Positions 1-10,608 of a stretch of 64,000 bases of DNA are shown here, in pieces. Source of the stretch: Treponemataceae bacterium. GTDB taxonomy: Bacteria > Spirochaetota > Spirochaetia > Treponematales > Rectinemataceae. The notes below the pieces were generated by a model, which saw nothing but the letters and a program-made list of their open reading frames with translations, did no database searches and was not told the DNA's origin. The position numbers and the translations under genes were made by a program. Positions within the stretch are counted from its first letter, which is position 1. The number at the start of each line of letters is the position of its first letter. The DNA lies in NCBI GenBank assembly GCA_963677895.2, contig CAXXGJ010000002.1:1-64000 (forward strand), written 5' to 3'.

Positions 1-169
1 TTGACACGGCCCCGCCTAGACCGTCAATCTGCCTCAGATCGGGGCTCCCCATGATTCTGAGGAGGAAGGCATCCCTCTCCACTCCCGCGGGTGGAATATC
101 TTCTTCGCGAAGGAAGACTCCTTTGCTCGTCCCTCCCCGAAAAATAGTACATGGCACTGATTTCAGCAT
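1..169 (-). CDS. prpF: PrpF family isomerase (5' part only; runs off the window)
   Basis: Not in the ORF track. Manual translation from ATG 169 gives MLKSVPCTIFRGGTSKGVFLREED...RIMGSPDLRQIDGLGGAVS, which has the PrpF motifs RGGTSKG and GSPD-RQIDGLGG. SD GGAGG upstream; start overlaps the aconitase stop. Confidence 0.9.
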   Translation of the reverse strand, partial: MLKSVPCTIFRGGTSKGVFLREEDIPPAGVERDAFLLRIMGSPDLRQIDGLGGAVS

Positions 170-2111
170 AATTCCTCCCTAGTGCCCGCTCTAGAGGGAA
201 CCGCGCAATTAAGCGCTCCTCCCGCCAGGACGATATCTTTCTGTCTTGCCGTCAGGTTGCATTCTGCGCGTATTATCTTGCCTGTTCTTTTATGTAAAAT
301 TTTAATCGATTTTTCCATAATTGCGTGGCGTACGTCGTCAATTCGCAGTTCGTCGCCGGCATCGATGGCTTGCCAGTCCTCGGGATTCTCGAAGGTGAGC
401 ATCAGGATGCCAAAGTTAACGAGGTTGGCGGCATGTATGCGCTCGACGCTCTTCGCCAGAAGAAGCCTGACACCGAGCGACATAGGGCAGAGGGCAGCGT
501 GTTCGCGCGAGGAGCCTTGTCCGTAGCTTAATCCGGCGACGATGGCCGAGGCAAAGCCCGCGTCGGTATTGGCCTCGCACAGCGCCGCGAATTTCGGCTC
601 GATATCCCTGAAGACGAACTGGGCGTACTTCGGCACATTCGAGCGGTACTTGAGAAGGGAGCCGGCAGGCATTATATGGTCCGTCGTGATCTTGTCGCCG
701 ACCTTCACGGCAACCTTGCAGCGGAGGATATCGGGCATCACGGTGTTGGAGGGAGGGGGGCCAATGTTGGGGCCGCGGAATATCTCCACGCCAGGAGATC
801 CGCTGGGAAGAAGCACCATCGCATCGTCGTTCGGGTAGTTCTCCGACGCTTTGAATGCGGGGAAGGGAATGCCCAGGGTTCGAGGATCGACGAGCTTTCC
901 TGTCAGAGCCGCCGCCGCCGCGGTCTCGGGGCTCGCGAGGTAGACGAACGCGTCCTTGGTGCCGCTTCGCCCCTCGAAATTGCGGTTGCTCGTCCTCACC
1001 GAAACGGATCCCGTACGCGGGGCCTGGCCGCAACCAACGCAGAAGCCGCAGGCGGTTTCGAGTATCCGAGCTCCCGAAGCTATGAGATCGCCGAGGATGC
1101 CATCGCGCGTAACCATGGCAAGCACTTGTCGCGACCCAGGCGCGATGCCGAGACTGATGTCCGGATGGATTTTCTTTCCCTTGAGAATACCCGCGACGAC
1201 AGCAAGGTCCCGATACGAGGAATTCGTGCAGCTGCCAATCATCACCTGGTCTACCTTGATTTCTCCCAGTTCGCTCACGGGCCTTACATTGTCCGGCGAA
1301 TGGGGGCAAGCAACCATGGGAACTATCGATGAGAGGTCGATTTCTATGACGCGATCGTACCGAGCATCGGCGTCAGGCAGAAGGGGAAGCCAATCGGCCG
1401 CCCTCCCCTGCGCGCCGAAAAATTCGCGCGTCGTTTCGTCGCTGGGGAAGATCGAGGTGGTGACGCCGAGTTCGGTGCCATGTTGGCGATCGTCGCCCTT
1501 TCATGGACGCTCAACGTGGCTACCCCTGGACCGCCATACTCGAGGCCACGCCGACGTTGCCCTTCGTGGTCAGCATACGGAGCAGATGAAGTATCACATC
1601 CTTGGCGGAACTCCAGCAGGCAAACGGCCTTTCAGCTCGACACGGGCAAGCTTGGGATACCTGAAGAAATATGGGCCTCCGGCCATGGCCGTCGCTACGT
1701 CAAGGCCTCCGACGCCCATGGCCAGCATGCCGACGCCGCCGCAGGTAGGGGTGTGACTGTCCGAGCCGATGAGCGTCAGCCCCGGTTTCGAATAACGCTC
1801 CAAATGAACTTGATGACAGATGCCGTTTCCCGGTTTTGAGTATTTTACTCCGAAGCGATCGGCTACCGTTCTGAGATATCTATGGTCGTCCGCGTTCTCG
1901 AAACCATCCTGGAGCGTGTTGTGATCGACATAGGAGATCGAGTCGGTTTTTACGTAGTTGACACCCATCGCCTCGAACTGGAGATACGCCATCGTGCCCA
2001 GGGCATCCTGCGTCAGTGTCTGGTCTATCCTTATGCCGATTTCTTCCCCGGGAATCAATAATCCGATAGCAGGTGCGGTTCGACGAGCTTTTCCAGAAGA
2101 TTTTTGCTCAT
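163..2111 (-). pseudogene. Aconitate hydratase (short AcnA/LeuC-like type), frameshifted, probably by sequencing error
   Basis: Pieces 1594-2058 (DQTLTQD, GNGICHQVH, GSDSHT) and 163-1317 (IGSCTN, CGFCVG, RTSNRNF, TTDHI, YGQGSSREHA). The missing middle reads in shifted frames (SAKDVIL, ERATIAN, TTSIFPSD). ATG at 2111; at least 4 single-base indels. Confidence 0.9.
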
Positions 2112-2203
2112 TGCCCAGCTCTCCCCCATTCTGAGTTTTCAGTATGAAGGCAGACTAGCATTGCTTTTCCGATAAGTATAATATTTTATTTCTATATTTT
2201 ATG

Positions 2204-2218
2204 ATAAAAATATTTTAT
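2204..2218. promoter_or_regulatory. Candidate LysR operator (T-N11-A palindrome)
   Basis: ATAAAAATATTTTAT in the AT-rich spacer between the divergent aconitase and LysR genes. Confidence 0.55.
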
Positions 2219-2238
2219 GGAGATTCCGAGGAGGTTCT

Positions 2239-3130
2239 ATGAACAGCCAGGATTGGGTTCTTTTAAAGATGATCGCCAAGGAACGCAACATCACGCGAGC
2301 CTCAGAACGTCTCTACCTTTCGCAGCCGGCTCTCACCTACAGGATACGGCAACTGGAAACCGAGTTTGGGGAAAAACTCCTGATCAGGACGCCCAACGGC
2401 GTCATACTCACCCCGCAGGGCGAGTTCCTTGTGGGCTACGCCAATGAGATGATTCTCCGCCTCGACCGCACCAAGGAGCGCATGACAAGCTTCAATGATA
2501 AGGTGAAGGGTCCCTTGCGCATCGGGAGTTCGGCCATCTTCGCCTATTACGAGTTGCCGCGTTTGCTGAAGGTTTTTCTGGAACGTTTCCCCGAGGTGGA
2601 AATCTTTCTCCAGACGGGGCGAAGCAACCAGGTAGTACGGCTGCTGGAGCGCGAAGAAGTGTCGATCGCTATCGTGCGCGGCGAGCATGAATGGAAATAT
2701 AACAAGCAGCTTCTTTGCGAAGAACCTATTTGTCTCGTTTCGCGGAAGGCTATTCCTATAGAGGAGCTCCCCAATCGGCCTCGCGTCGTCTATGGTACGG
2801 ATACATCGCTGCAGGGCATGATCGAACAGTGTGGAGAATGACCTTTTCCCGGCCCTCCGGGATTCCATAGTCGTCGATGCCATGGATACATGTAAACGCA
2901 TGGTGCAGCAAGGGCTCGGCTGGGCCATACTCCCTTCGATCGGCTTGAAGGAACTCGAGGAACTCTGCGTCGAACCCCTATACTGGCCCGACGGGACCCC
3001 TCTTAGCAGAAGGACATGGCTTTGCAGCGCTCCCTATGCCGATGAACTGCCCGTGCTTCGTTCATTCTCCTCCTTCGTCACCGAGGAATTCATGAATCGC
3101 GATGAAAAGCGGAAGGCAGCCTGTCCGTGA
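2239..3130 (+). pseudogene. LysR family transcriptional regulator, frameshifted near 2830-2865
   Basis: N-terminal HTH (NITRASERLYLSQPALTYRIRQLE). The substrate-binding domain continues in ORF 2831-3130 (MVQQGLGWAILP). Confidence 0.9.
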
Positions 3131-3242
3131 ACTTCAACGCGGGAGGAACTGGATTATTCCCTTTTCTTTGACTCTGGAATAACGCCGCCCCGGCGCCTGC
3201 CCTGCAGCCGGGCGCCCGATGCGGTACTCGTGGTTAAGGCGC

Positions 3243-3730
3243 TCACTTGGCGAAAAATGACGCGAGAAGGGGCGTCAGGATGAGGACCAGGACAATCCTG
3301 AAAAGATGGAAGGTCATTGAAATGGGCGTTTCTGCGCCTCCATCCGTCATCGAGAGCGCCATGCCGGATAGGCCTCCGGGTGCCGTGGCGAAGATTGCCG
3401 TCCTGATGTCGAGATGAAACACTTTATTCAAAACGATGGCGAGCCCGAAGCAGAAGAGAGTAAGCACGGCGATATAGCCGAGGGCGATGGGGACGACAGC
3501 GGGATTTTTCTTGATGACCTCGATGTCGAATTCGAGACGAGGACATAGGCGACGAGAAGCTGTGAAATGACGGAGAGGGCGCCGCTGGCCGGCAGGTTCG
3601 TGGAGAAAAACCCTTTCGCGAGGAGCCCGGCTATCAGGCCGCCCGTGAGGTAGCCTGAAGGCAGCTTCAGCCGGTTGCCGAGCCAGGCGCCGACGAGGAT
3701 CGCCGCGATGATGATTCCCTTTTCCTTCAT
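3243..3730 (-). pseudogene. AbrB family membrane protein (single repeat), frameshifted near 3527
   Basis: Hydrophobic helices with LKLPSGYLTG and ATAPGGLSGM...FHLFRI motifs split over two ORFs. Confidence 0.75.
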
Positions 3731-3778
3731 GATGCTCTCCTTGTCGGTTATTGTCGCTGGACCCAGCCCCGCCGAGTC

Positions 3779-4487
3779 CTAAAACAGGCGAAAATCTCCG
3801 AGCTGTTGCGCGAATCCTGATTTATCCCGCCAGATGGCGAAGGATTCGTCGAGGTTTTTGGCCCAGACGCGCACGCTCGCTCGGGATCGCGGGTTTTGAA
3901 GGCTTCTAAGAGTTGTTTCTATGCATGACGCTCCGCTCGAGATGCTCGGGCAGGACAATCCGCATTACGCGGTAGCGGTCGAATATTTCCCGCTGCGCCC
4001 ACACCTGCTCGAGAAGCTTCGCCGATCCGCAGGCGCCGAACACAATCTCATTGAACCGCTTCACGAGGGGAAAGAGCCGTTCGAGAAGCTGGTCGCCGTC
4101 CAAGGTGGCGTTGGCCTCCTCAATCCGGTCCAGTGTATTCTTCAGCGCGGCAAGTTCGGGGGCGGCGATGCGGGTTGCTGAGTATTGCACGGCGAGGGTT
4201 TCCACGGCCTTGCGGATCGCGAAGCAGTGGGCGAGTTCGCGCGCTGACAACCCACATACGCGGTTTCCCTTCATGGAGATGCGTTCGATATAGCCACCGC
4301 TCTCGAGTTTTTGCAGAGCTTCGCGCGCTGGAGTCCTGCTCACGCCGATTCCTCGGCAATTTCGGCGTCGGTGAAAGATGTATCCGTAGCGAGTTCCCCG
4401 CTGACGATAGCTTCCCGGATGTGGTCGAAAATGATCTCCCTCATCGGCCTGGGTGCGAAGATCGGGTATGTTCTTCAGAATGCTCAT
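3779..4487 (-). pseudogene. GntR/FadR (FCD) family transcriptional regulator, multiple frameshifts
   Basis: HTH motif GVSRTPAREALQKLESGG. N-terminus (REIIFDHIREAIVSGEL) and C-terminus (LEAFKTRDPER...GDFRLF*) read in shifted frames. Confidence 0.8.
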
Positions 4488-4545
4488 GGCCGCCCCCTTC
4501 TCGTTTCCATCGGGAATTCCCTGGTGTCGATAGTGCATAGAAGAC

Positions 4546-4566
4546 CGTATACCGTATTCTGTATAC
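4546..4566. promoter_or_regulatory. Candidate GntR operator: three 7-nt repeats
   Basis: CGTATAC-CGTATTC-TGTATAC between the divergent gntR and citXG genes; GTATAC repeats are typical of FadR-subfamily sites. Confidence 0.5.
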
Positions 4567-4656
4567 AAAAGCATAGACCTTTACTCTCAAGCTGTAAAGC
4601 GGGAGAGCCTGTGCCCCTATTGCGCGAATCCTTCTGTCTGTACCAGGATGAGGTAT

Positions 4657-6143
4657 ATGGAGACGAAGAAAGCGAACGCGGCTGCGCCTATTATGGCGAC
4701 TTCTCACGACAAGGCGGCTTTGCACGATAAGACGGCTTTGGAGGGCAGGTCGGAGGATTCCATCCTCGGAGCGAAAGAAGAGCGCTGGGTGAAAAAGCTC
4801 GCCATGGCCAGGGAACTGGCCGAAAGCGGTTTTGGGGAGAGAGTCTGCCTGGCCGTGATCACCCTCCGCATGCCCGCTTCGCTTCGCACTTCAGGAAGGT
4901 TTAGCGAGATGGCGCTCGCTCTGCACCACTCGTTCGCGGGGGCGCTCCGCGGAAGAGGGATCGTAATTCTCCGCGAGGAATTCCGCGTCGGGGGCGATGG
5001 GCCGGAATCCTACCTCGCCGCAGCTGTCGAGCCTGTCGCCATGAAGAGGCTAGCGGTTGACTGGGAGACGAATCACCCCTGGGGAGAGCTGGCCGATCTC
5101 GACGTTATGGACTCGGGCGGCAATCCTGTTGGTCGTGCCGACTTGGGTTTTCCTGCTCGTGCCTGCCTGATCTGCGGGGAGGACGCGGTCCTCTGCACGA
5201 CGGAGAGGCGGCACGGCCTCGCCTCTATCGAAGCGCGCGTAGAGGAAATCGCGGCGAGGCCGGAGCGGGTAATGAGGGATCGCAGCGAAGCAGATAGGCG
5301 AATAGGGAGCCTCGCCCTTGCGGCCGCCCTTTACGAGGCATCAACCGCGCCCAAGCCAGGTCTCGTCGATCCGCTGTCCAGGGAGCCCACAAGGACATGG
5401 ACTATCTCACCTTCATGTCGAGCTCGGCGGCCATCGGCCCATGGTTCGCCGAATTCGCGAGGCTCGGGCGTCTGCATCGCGGCGAAACTCTCCGGGCTCC
5501 TCCCCGCCCTCCGCGAAGCCGGCAAGGCGGCGGAGCGCGACATGTTCGAAGCGCTACGGGCGGCGTCAATACGCACAAGGGCCTCATTTTCTCGCTGGGG
5601 CTGCTCTGCGCGGCGGCCGGCCGCCTGGGGGCGGCCGGCCGCGCCTACGAGGCGCGGTCCTGCGCCGCGACCGCGGCGGAAATCGTGCGCGGCATCACGC
5701 TCCGAGATTTTTCCGGGGCCGCTTCCGCCACGGTCGGCGAGAAGCTCTTCGTCGCCGAAGGGATTCGCGGTATACGCGGAGAGGCCGAGGACGGATTTCC
5801 CGCCGTCATCGAATGCGCCCTGCCTAGGCTGGAAGCCGATTTGGCGGCCGGCCTTTCCTGGAACGACGCCATGGTGGGAACCCTTCTCGAGCTATGCTGC
5901 GTCGTGGAAGACACGAACGTGCTTGGAAGGGCGGGGAGGAATGGCTTGGCCATCCTGCGCACCGAAGCCGAAAACGCCTTGAGGCTCGGCGGCATGACGA
6001 CGCCGGAAGGCCAAGCCGCCATCCATGCCATGGATAGAATCCTCATCGAGCGCAATATCAGCCCGGGAGGCTGCGCCGATTTGTTGGCGGTCACGGTCTT
6101 CCTCCATCTGTTGACCTCGTCCCCTCTGGCAGCCAAAGCCTGA
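4657..6143 (+). pseudogene. citXG: Fused CitX-CitG (holo-ACP synthase plus triphosphoribosyl-dephospho-CoA synthase), frameshifted
   Basis: CitX motifs E-NHPWGELADLDV and RACLICGEDA..C. CitG motifs PKPGLVD, AHKDMD, ATGGVNTHKG, DTNVL, NISPGGCADLL. CitX runs into CitG in one frame; indels at ~5380-5560. Confidence 0.88.
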
Positions 6144-6204
6144 TTCGCCGGGAGTCCGATGGACGCCTTGCCCTTCCCGCCGACCCGCGACATACTGAAA
6201 GCCT

Positions 6205-6640
6205 ATGGCCAAGCAGAATCCCTATCTCCACAAGACCCAATACTATGAGACCGATCAGATGGGAGTAGTGCACCATTCGAACTATATCCGCTGGTTCGAG
6301 GAAGCGAGGACCGACCTTCTCGAGCGCGCTCGGACTAGGCTACGACAAGATGGAGGAGCGCGGCATCATCGTGCCCGTGCTGGCGGCGTCCTGCGAGTAT
6401 AAATCGAGCGTCCGCTATGGCGAAACCGTGGCGATAGTGCCGAAAGTCGAAATCTATACCGGCCTTCGTCTCGGCATATCCTACCGCATCGTCGACGCGT
6501 CGACCGGCGAACTCCGCGCTACGGGGGAGACTCGTCATGCTTTCCTCGACGGGAATTTCAAGCCATCCTCCCTCAAGCGCGGCCACCCCGATGTGGACGA
6601 ACTCATGAAAACCTTGCTTGCCTTAGGCCGGGACAGCTAG
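6205..6640 (+). pseudogene. YbgC/FadM family acyl-CoA thioesterase, frameshift near 6330
   Basis: YYETDQMGVVHHSNYIRWFEEAR motif; C-terminal hot-dog fold half in ORF 6350-6640. Confidence 0.88.
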
Positions 6641-6681
6641 GATATGGCTTTCGCGAACACCTCGTACGAAGGAATGCCGAC

Positions 6682-9600
6682 ATGAGGTTTATCCTTTTTT
6701 TCTTTCTTGCCGCGCTCATCATTCTCCCGGCTAGGGCAGCCGACCCTTCGCGCCTCCAATCCTACGCGCTCAGCATGGAAGACGGGCTGGCCAACAATTC
6801 GGTCTATTGCGCGATCCAGGATCGCACGGGGCTCATGTGGTTCGGCACGTTTGGGGGGCTATCCCGTTACGACGGCGAATCTTTCGTCACCTACAGACCC
6901 CATCAGGGCATCGGCGGCTCGGGGTTCCTGGCGGCTTCCGTCGTGTTCTCGCTTCTGGAGGATTCCCAGGGCAGGCTCTGGGTAGGCACGGACGGCGGCG
7001 GGCTCGCGCGCTACAAACCCGATTCGGACTCCTTCGACGTTTTCAGGGCCAATCCCGGTATCGCGGGGGCGCTCACCTCGGACAAGGTCTATGCCCTGGC
7101 CGAGGATCGAAGCGGGGATATCTGGGTGGGATTGGGCGACGGGTCTTTGGGAATTTTCGATCCCCCGACCGGAAAGTTCAAGACGGTGGGCCAGCCTCCC
7201 GAAGAGGGCTATCCTATTCGCTGCATCCTCGTCGACAAGGCCGGCAAGGTATGGGCGGGGACGGAAGGCGGCGGCCTCCTGCGCTACGACGCGGCCTCCG
7301 GGCGCTTCGACATCTTCGCTCATGACGCCCGCGAAAAGGACAGCATCGCCTCGAACATCGTGCGCTCCCTCCTCGAGGACTCGGGGGGACGGATCTGGGC
7401 GGGGCTTGGCGGCGGCGGGGTGGACCTGTTCGACGACGGCCGGTTTTCGCACGCGAAGCCCGGCAAAGGGATAAGCGCTCCGCAGAACGCCGTCAGGGCC
7501 TTAGCCCAGGATTCGGAGGGAAGCATCTGGGTGGGATACGCCGATTCCGGCCTCGGCTCCATAGACGCGTCGACCCTGGAACTCCATCCCCCGAAGCCGG
7601 GCGAGGAGGCCATGGTCAGATCGATATACCCCGACCGGCGCGGCCTTATGTGGGTCGGCCTCAAGGATGGGGGAATCAAGACCTACAATCTGCGTTCGGC
7701 CCTTTTCGAACGCTACTCGACCCGTTCCGACGGCAAAGCCCTGCGCGACCTGCGCGGCATATGCCAGGACCAAGCGGGGCGAATCCTCGTCGGTTCGGAC
7801 GGCGGAGGCATCGTCGTCCTGGATGAAAAAGGAGGCCAGCCCAAACCGCTGAAAGGGCTCCCCTCCGACCACCTTTCCAACAAGGTCTATTCGATCCTGT
7901 CCGCCAAGGACGGCACCCTCTGGATCGGTACCGACGGCGGAGGCCTTCTTTCGCTGGACCGGAACGGGAAAACCCGGTCATATCTCCACGACGACGGAGA
8001 CCCGGACAGTCTCGCGAGCGACGTCGTCTGGGCGCTGTACGCCGATCCAGACGGTACTTTGTGGGTGGGAACCGAAGGCGGCGGGCTCGATCGATTCGAC
8101 GCGGCGAGCGGGAAATTCGCCCACTACCGCCCCAACCCGCACGGGCCTTCCATCCGAGGCAGCTCGGTGCGCGCTATTTTCCGCGACTCACGAGGTCGGC
8201 TATGGGTCGGCACCTGGGACGGCGGGCTTTCGAAGATGGATCCTGGAGCCGCGGACTTCGCGGGCTATGGACATGACGCGGCCGATCCCTTGTCGCTCGG
8301 CGATTCGAGCGTCAACTGCATTTTCGAAGACTCCGAAGGTTATATCTGGGTGGGAACGGGCGGATCGGGTCTCGCCAAGCTCGACCCGGAGACGGAGAAA
8401 TTTACCCATTTCTCGGAGAGCGAAGGCCTCATGGGCGCCACGGTCTATGGGATCGTCGAGGACAAGAGCGGCGATTTGTGGGTGTCCACATCCATGGGGC
8501 TCTCGCGGCTGGATCGGAAACGGGGGACTTTTTTCAACTTCGGGGTGGAAGATGGCTTGGCTTCGAAGGAACTCGCGCAGAATTCCTTTCTCCTCGCCCG
8601 CGACGGCGGCATTTGGATAGGAGGGATGGGCGGGCTCACCCACTTCGACCCGCGGCGCCTCCCCCGCGTCGCCCCGAAACCTCCCATCGCCATTCTCGGC
8701 ATCGAGACTTCGGGCGACGCGGGAATGACGCCCATGATCAAGGCGGCCGCGGACGGAATGAGCGAGATCGAACTCGACTACAGGAATTCCGGCCTCAGTT
8801 TCCATATCGCCGTCCTCGACTACGCTTCGCCGGGGCGCAATCGCTACGCGATGCGGCTCGAGGGCAGGCAAAAGAACTGGATCGATTTGGGAACCCACAG
8901 TCGCGGCACGATAGCGCCGCTCGCGCCGGGTCGATACATCCTCAGGGTGAGGGGCGCGAACGGAAACGGAATCTGGAACGACGAGGGCTCCTCGCTGTCC
9001 ATTCTCGTCAATCCTCCGGTTTGGAGAACCTGGTGGTTCCGTCTTGTCTTGGCGATCTTCGTCTTGGCCCTGGTGGCCGGAGCGATAGCCATCCGCGTCC
9101 GGTCGCTGCGGCGGCGCAACGAACTGCTCGTCAATTTTTCGCAGCATGTCGAGGCGGCGCGCGAGGAAGAGCGCATCGCGGCGGCGCGCGAAGTCCACGA
9201 TGAAATCGGCCAGCACTTGGCCGCCCTCAATATCCAGGCCTATTGGCTTCAGGGCCACCCCGACTCGAAACCGGATGAGCGGGAGGAAAGGGTCGAAGAG
9301 ATGCTTCACTCGATTTCGGACGCCATGGGTTCGGTCAAGGCCGTCGCCACGGCGCTCAGGCCCGTCGCCCTCGATGCCCTGGCTTTCGACGAGGCGCTGC
9401 GCTGGTATCTTCGCTCCTACGAGCGCCGCAGCGGGATAAAGGCTTCGATCGAGATAGGCGAATCCATGCCGCACGTAAAAGGTCCCCTGGCGACCGCCTT
9501 ATTCCGCATCCTCCAGGAAATGCTGACGAACGTCATGCGCCACTCAGGCGCGAAGAATATCAAGCTGCGGTACCTGGTCGAGGGCGACTGCCTTCTCCTC

Positions 9601-9888
9601 GAGATAAAGGATGACGGGAAGGGTATAGACGAGGAGAGTATAAAAGCCGAAGATTCATTCGGCATCATCGGCATGCGCGAACGCTGCGCGGCTTTCGGAG
9701 GAACCCTCAAGGTGACAGGAATAAAAGGCCTCGGCACGACCTTCGCCGCGCGCGTTCCGCTTCCGCCCGCGCCGGGACCGGCGGGGGAGAAAACCAATCC
9801 CCATGAAATCATTCCCGAAGGGAAGGTCGGAGCCGGCGGGAAAGCGCGGTTCGCGCGACGTTGGGCAGCTATTATCAGGAGGCGGTAA
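6682..9888 (+). CDS. Sensor histidine kinase: signal peptide, beta-propeller (Reg_prop) repeats, Y_Y_Y domain, TM helix, HisKA_3 and HATPase
   Basis: Many D-G-LWVGT-GGGL repeats; LAPGRYILRVRGANGNGIW (Y_Y_Y); ERIAAAREVHDEIGQ H-box; QEMLTNVMRH, DDGKG and FGIIGMRER boxes. Confidence 0.93.
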   Translation: MRFILFFFLAALIILPARAADPSRLQSYALSMEDGLANNSVYCAIQDRTGLMWFGTFGGLSRYDGESFVTYRPHQGIGGSGFLAASVVFSLLEDSQGRLWVGTDGGGLARYKPDSDSFDVFRANPGIAGALTSDKVYALAEDRSGDIWVGLGDGSLGIFDPPTGKFKTVGQPPEEGYPIRCILVDKAGKVWAGTEGGGLLRYDAASGRFDIFAHDAREKDSIASNIVRSLLEDSGGRIWAGLGGGGVDLFDDGRFSHAKPGKGISAPQNAVRALAQDSEGSIWVGYADSGLGSIDASTLELHPPKPGEEAMVRSIYPDRRGLMWVGLKDGGIKTYNLRSALFERYSTRSDGKALRDLRGICQDQAGRILVGSDGGGIVVLDEKGGQPKPLKGLPSDHLSNKVYSILSAKDGTLWIGTDGGGLLSLDRNGKTRSYLHDDGDPDSLASDVVWALYADPDGTLWVGTEGGGLDRFDAASGKFAHYRPNPHGPSIRGSSVRAIFRDSRGRLWVGTWDGGLSKMDPGAADFAGYGHDAADPLSLGDSSVNCIFEDSEGYIWVGTGGSGLAKLDPETEKFTHFSESEGLMGATVYGIVEDKSGDLWVSTSMGLSRLDRKRGTFFNFGVEDGLASKELAQNSFLLARDGGIWIGGMGGLTHFDPRRLPRVAPKPPIAILGIETSGDAGMTPMIKAAADGMSEIELDYRNSGLSFHIAVLDYASPGRNRYAMRLEGRQKNWIDLGTHSRGTIAPLAPGRYILRVRGANGNGIWNDEGSSLSILVNPPVWRTWWFRLVLAIFVLALVAGAIAIRVRSLRRRNELLVNFSQHVEAAREEERIAAAREVHDEIGQHLAALNIQAYWLQGHPDSKPDEREERVEEMLHSISDAMGSVKAVATALRPVALDALAFDEALRWYLRSYERRSGIKASIEIGESMPHVKGPLATALFRILQEMLTNVMRHSGAKNIKLRYLVEGDCLLLEIKDDGKGIDEESIKAEDSFGIIGMRERCAAFGGTLKVTGIKGLGTTFAARVPLPPAPGPAGEKTNPHEIIPEGKVGAGGKARFARRWAAIIRRR

Positions 9889-10526
9889 TGTTGAGCATCC
9901 TCATCGCCGACGATCACTATTTGATCAGAAGGGGACTCAAACAGCTTCTCGTGGAAAAACTGCCAACCCTCAACGTGGACGAAGCCGAGGATGGCTTTCG
10001 CACCCTCGAGCTGGCCCGCGAGCGGCACTACGACGTCATTGTTCTCGACATTTCGATGCCGGGGAAGGATGGGCTCGACCTCATCCGCGATCTCAAGGAC
10101 CTCGATCCCGCGACCCATGTCCTCATACTCAGCATCCAGCCCGAGGAACAGTATGCCCTGCGCGCCTTCAGGCTCGGGGCGTCGGGCTGCCTCAACAAGT
10201 CCGGGGATCCGGGCGATCTCGTGGAGGCGGTCAAGACGGTCGTTACGGGGCGGCGCTACCTGAGCCCGAAGGCCCAAGAGCTGCTCCTCGACGATGTGGC
10301 CGGCGTGGGAACGGCTCCGCCTCATCGTCGTCTCTCGGACCGCGAGTATCAGGTTTTCCGCCTCCTTGCCTCGGGCAAGACGATCGGCGAAATTTCCGAA
10401 CTTCTCGCCCTCAGCGTGAAAACCGTGAGTACGTATCGAACAAGGATTCTTGAAAAAATGGGGCTCGAAAACAACGCCCAGATCACGCATTACGCGTTCA
10501 AGAATGGACTTATCGGCGATGAGTAG
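9888..10526 (+). CDS. NarL/UvrY-type response regulator (REC plus LuxR HTH)
   Basis: ADDH, LDISMP, LSDREYQV...LSVKTVSTYRTRILEK. TAATG overlap with the kinase stop. Confidence 0.95.
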   Translation: MLSILIADDHYLIRRGLKQLLVEKLPTLNVDEAEDGFRTLELARERHYDVIVLDISMPGKDGLDLIRDLKDLDPATHVLILSIQPEEQYALRAFRLGASGCLNKSGDPGDLVEAVKTVVTGRRYLSPKAQELLLDDVAGVGTAPPHRRLSDREYQVFRLLASGKTIGEISELLALSVKTVSTYRTRILEKMGLENNAQITHYAFKNGLIGDE

Positions 10527-10532
10527 CGGAAC

Positions 10533-10601
10533 TGTAGGACAAAAACCTACAACCGAATATGTTCGCGTCCTATGGACTATCCGTCATTGAGGCCTCAGAC
10601 T
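10533..10601 (+). promoter_or_regulatory. citC promoter: TGTAGG-N7-CCTACA palindrome, extra half-site and -10-like CAGACT
   Basis: TGTAGGACAAAAACCTACA 10533-10551, CCTATG at 10569, CAGACT at 10596. Same spacing as the tctC promoter. Confidence 0.7.
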
Positions 10602-10608
10602 TCAGCAT

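Noticed and set aside
163..6640. Programmed frameshifting or phase variation
   Set aside because: Indels hit six adjacent unrelated genes, several more than once, without long slippery tracts; the pattern fits assembly error.
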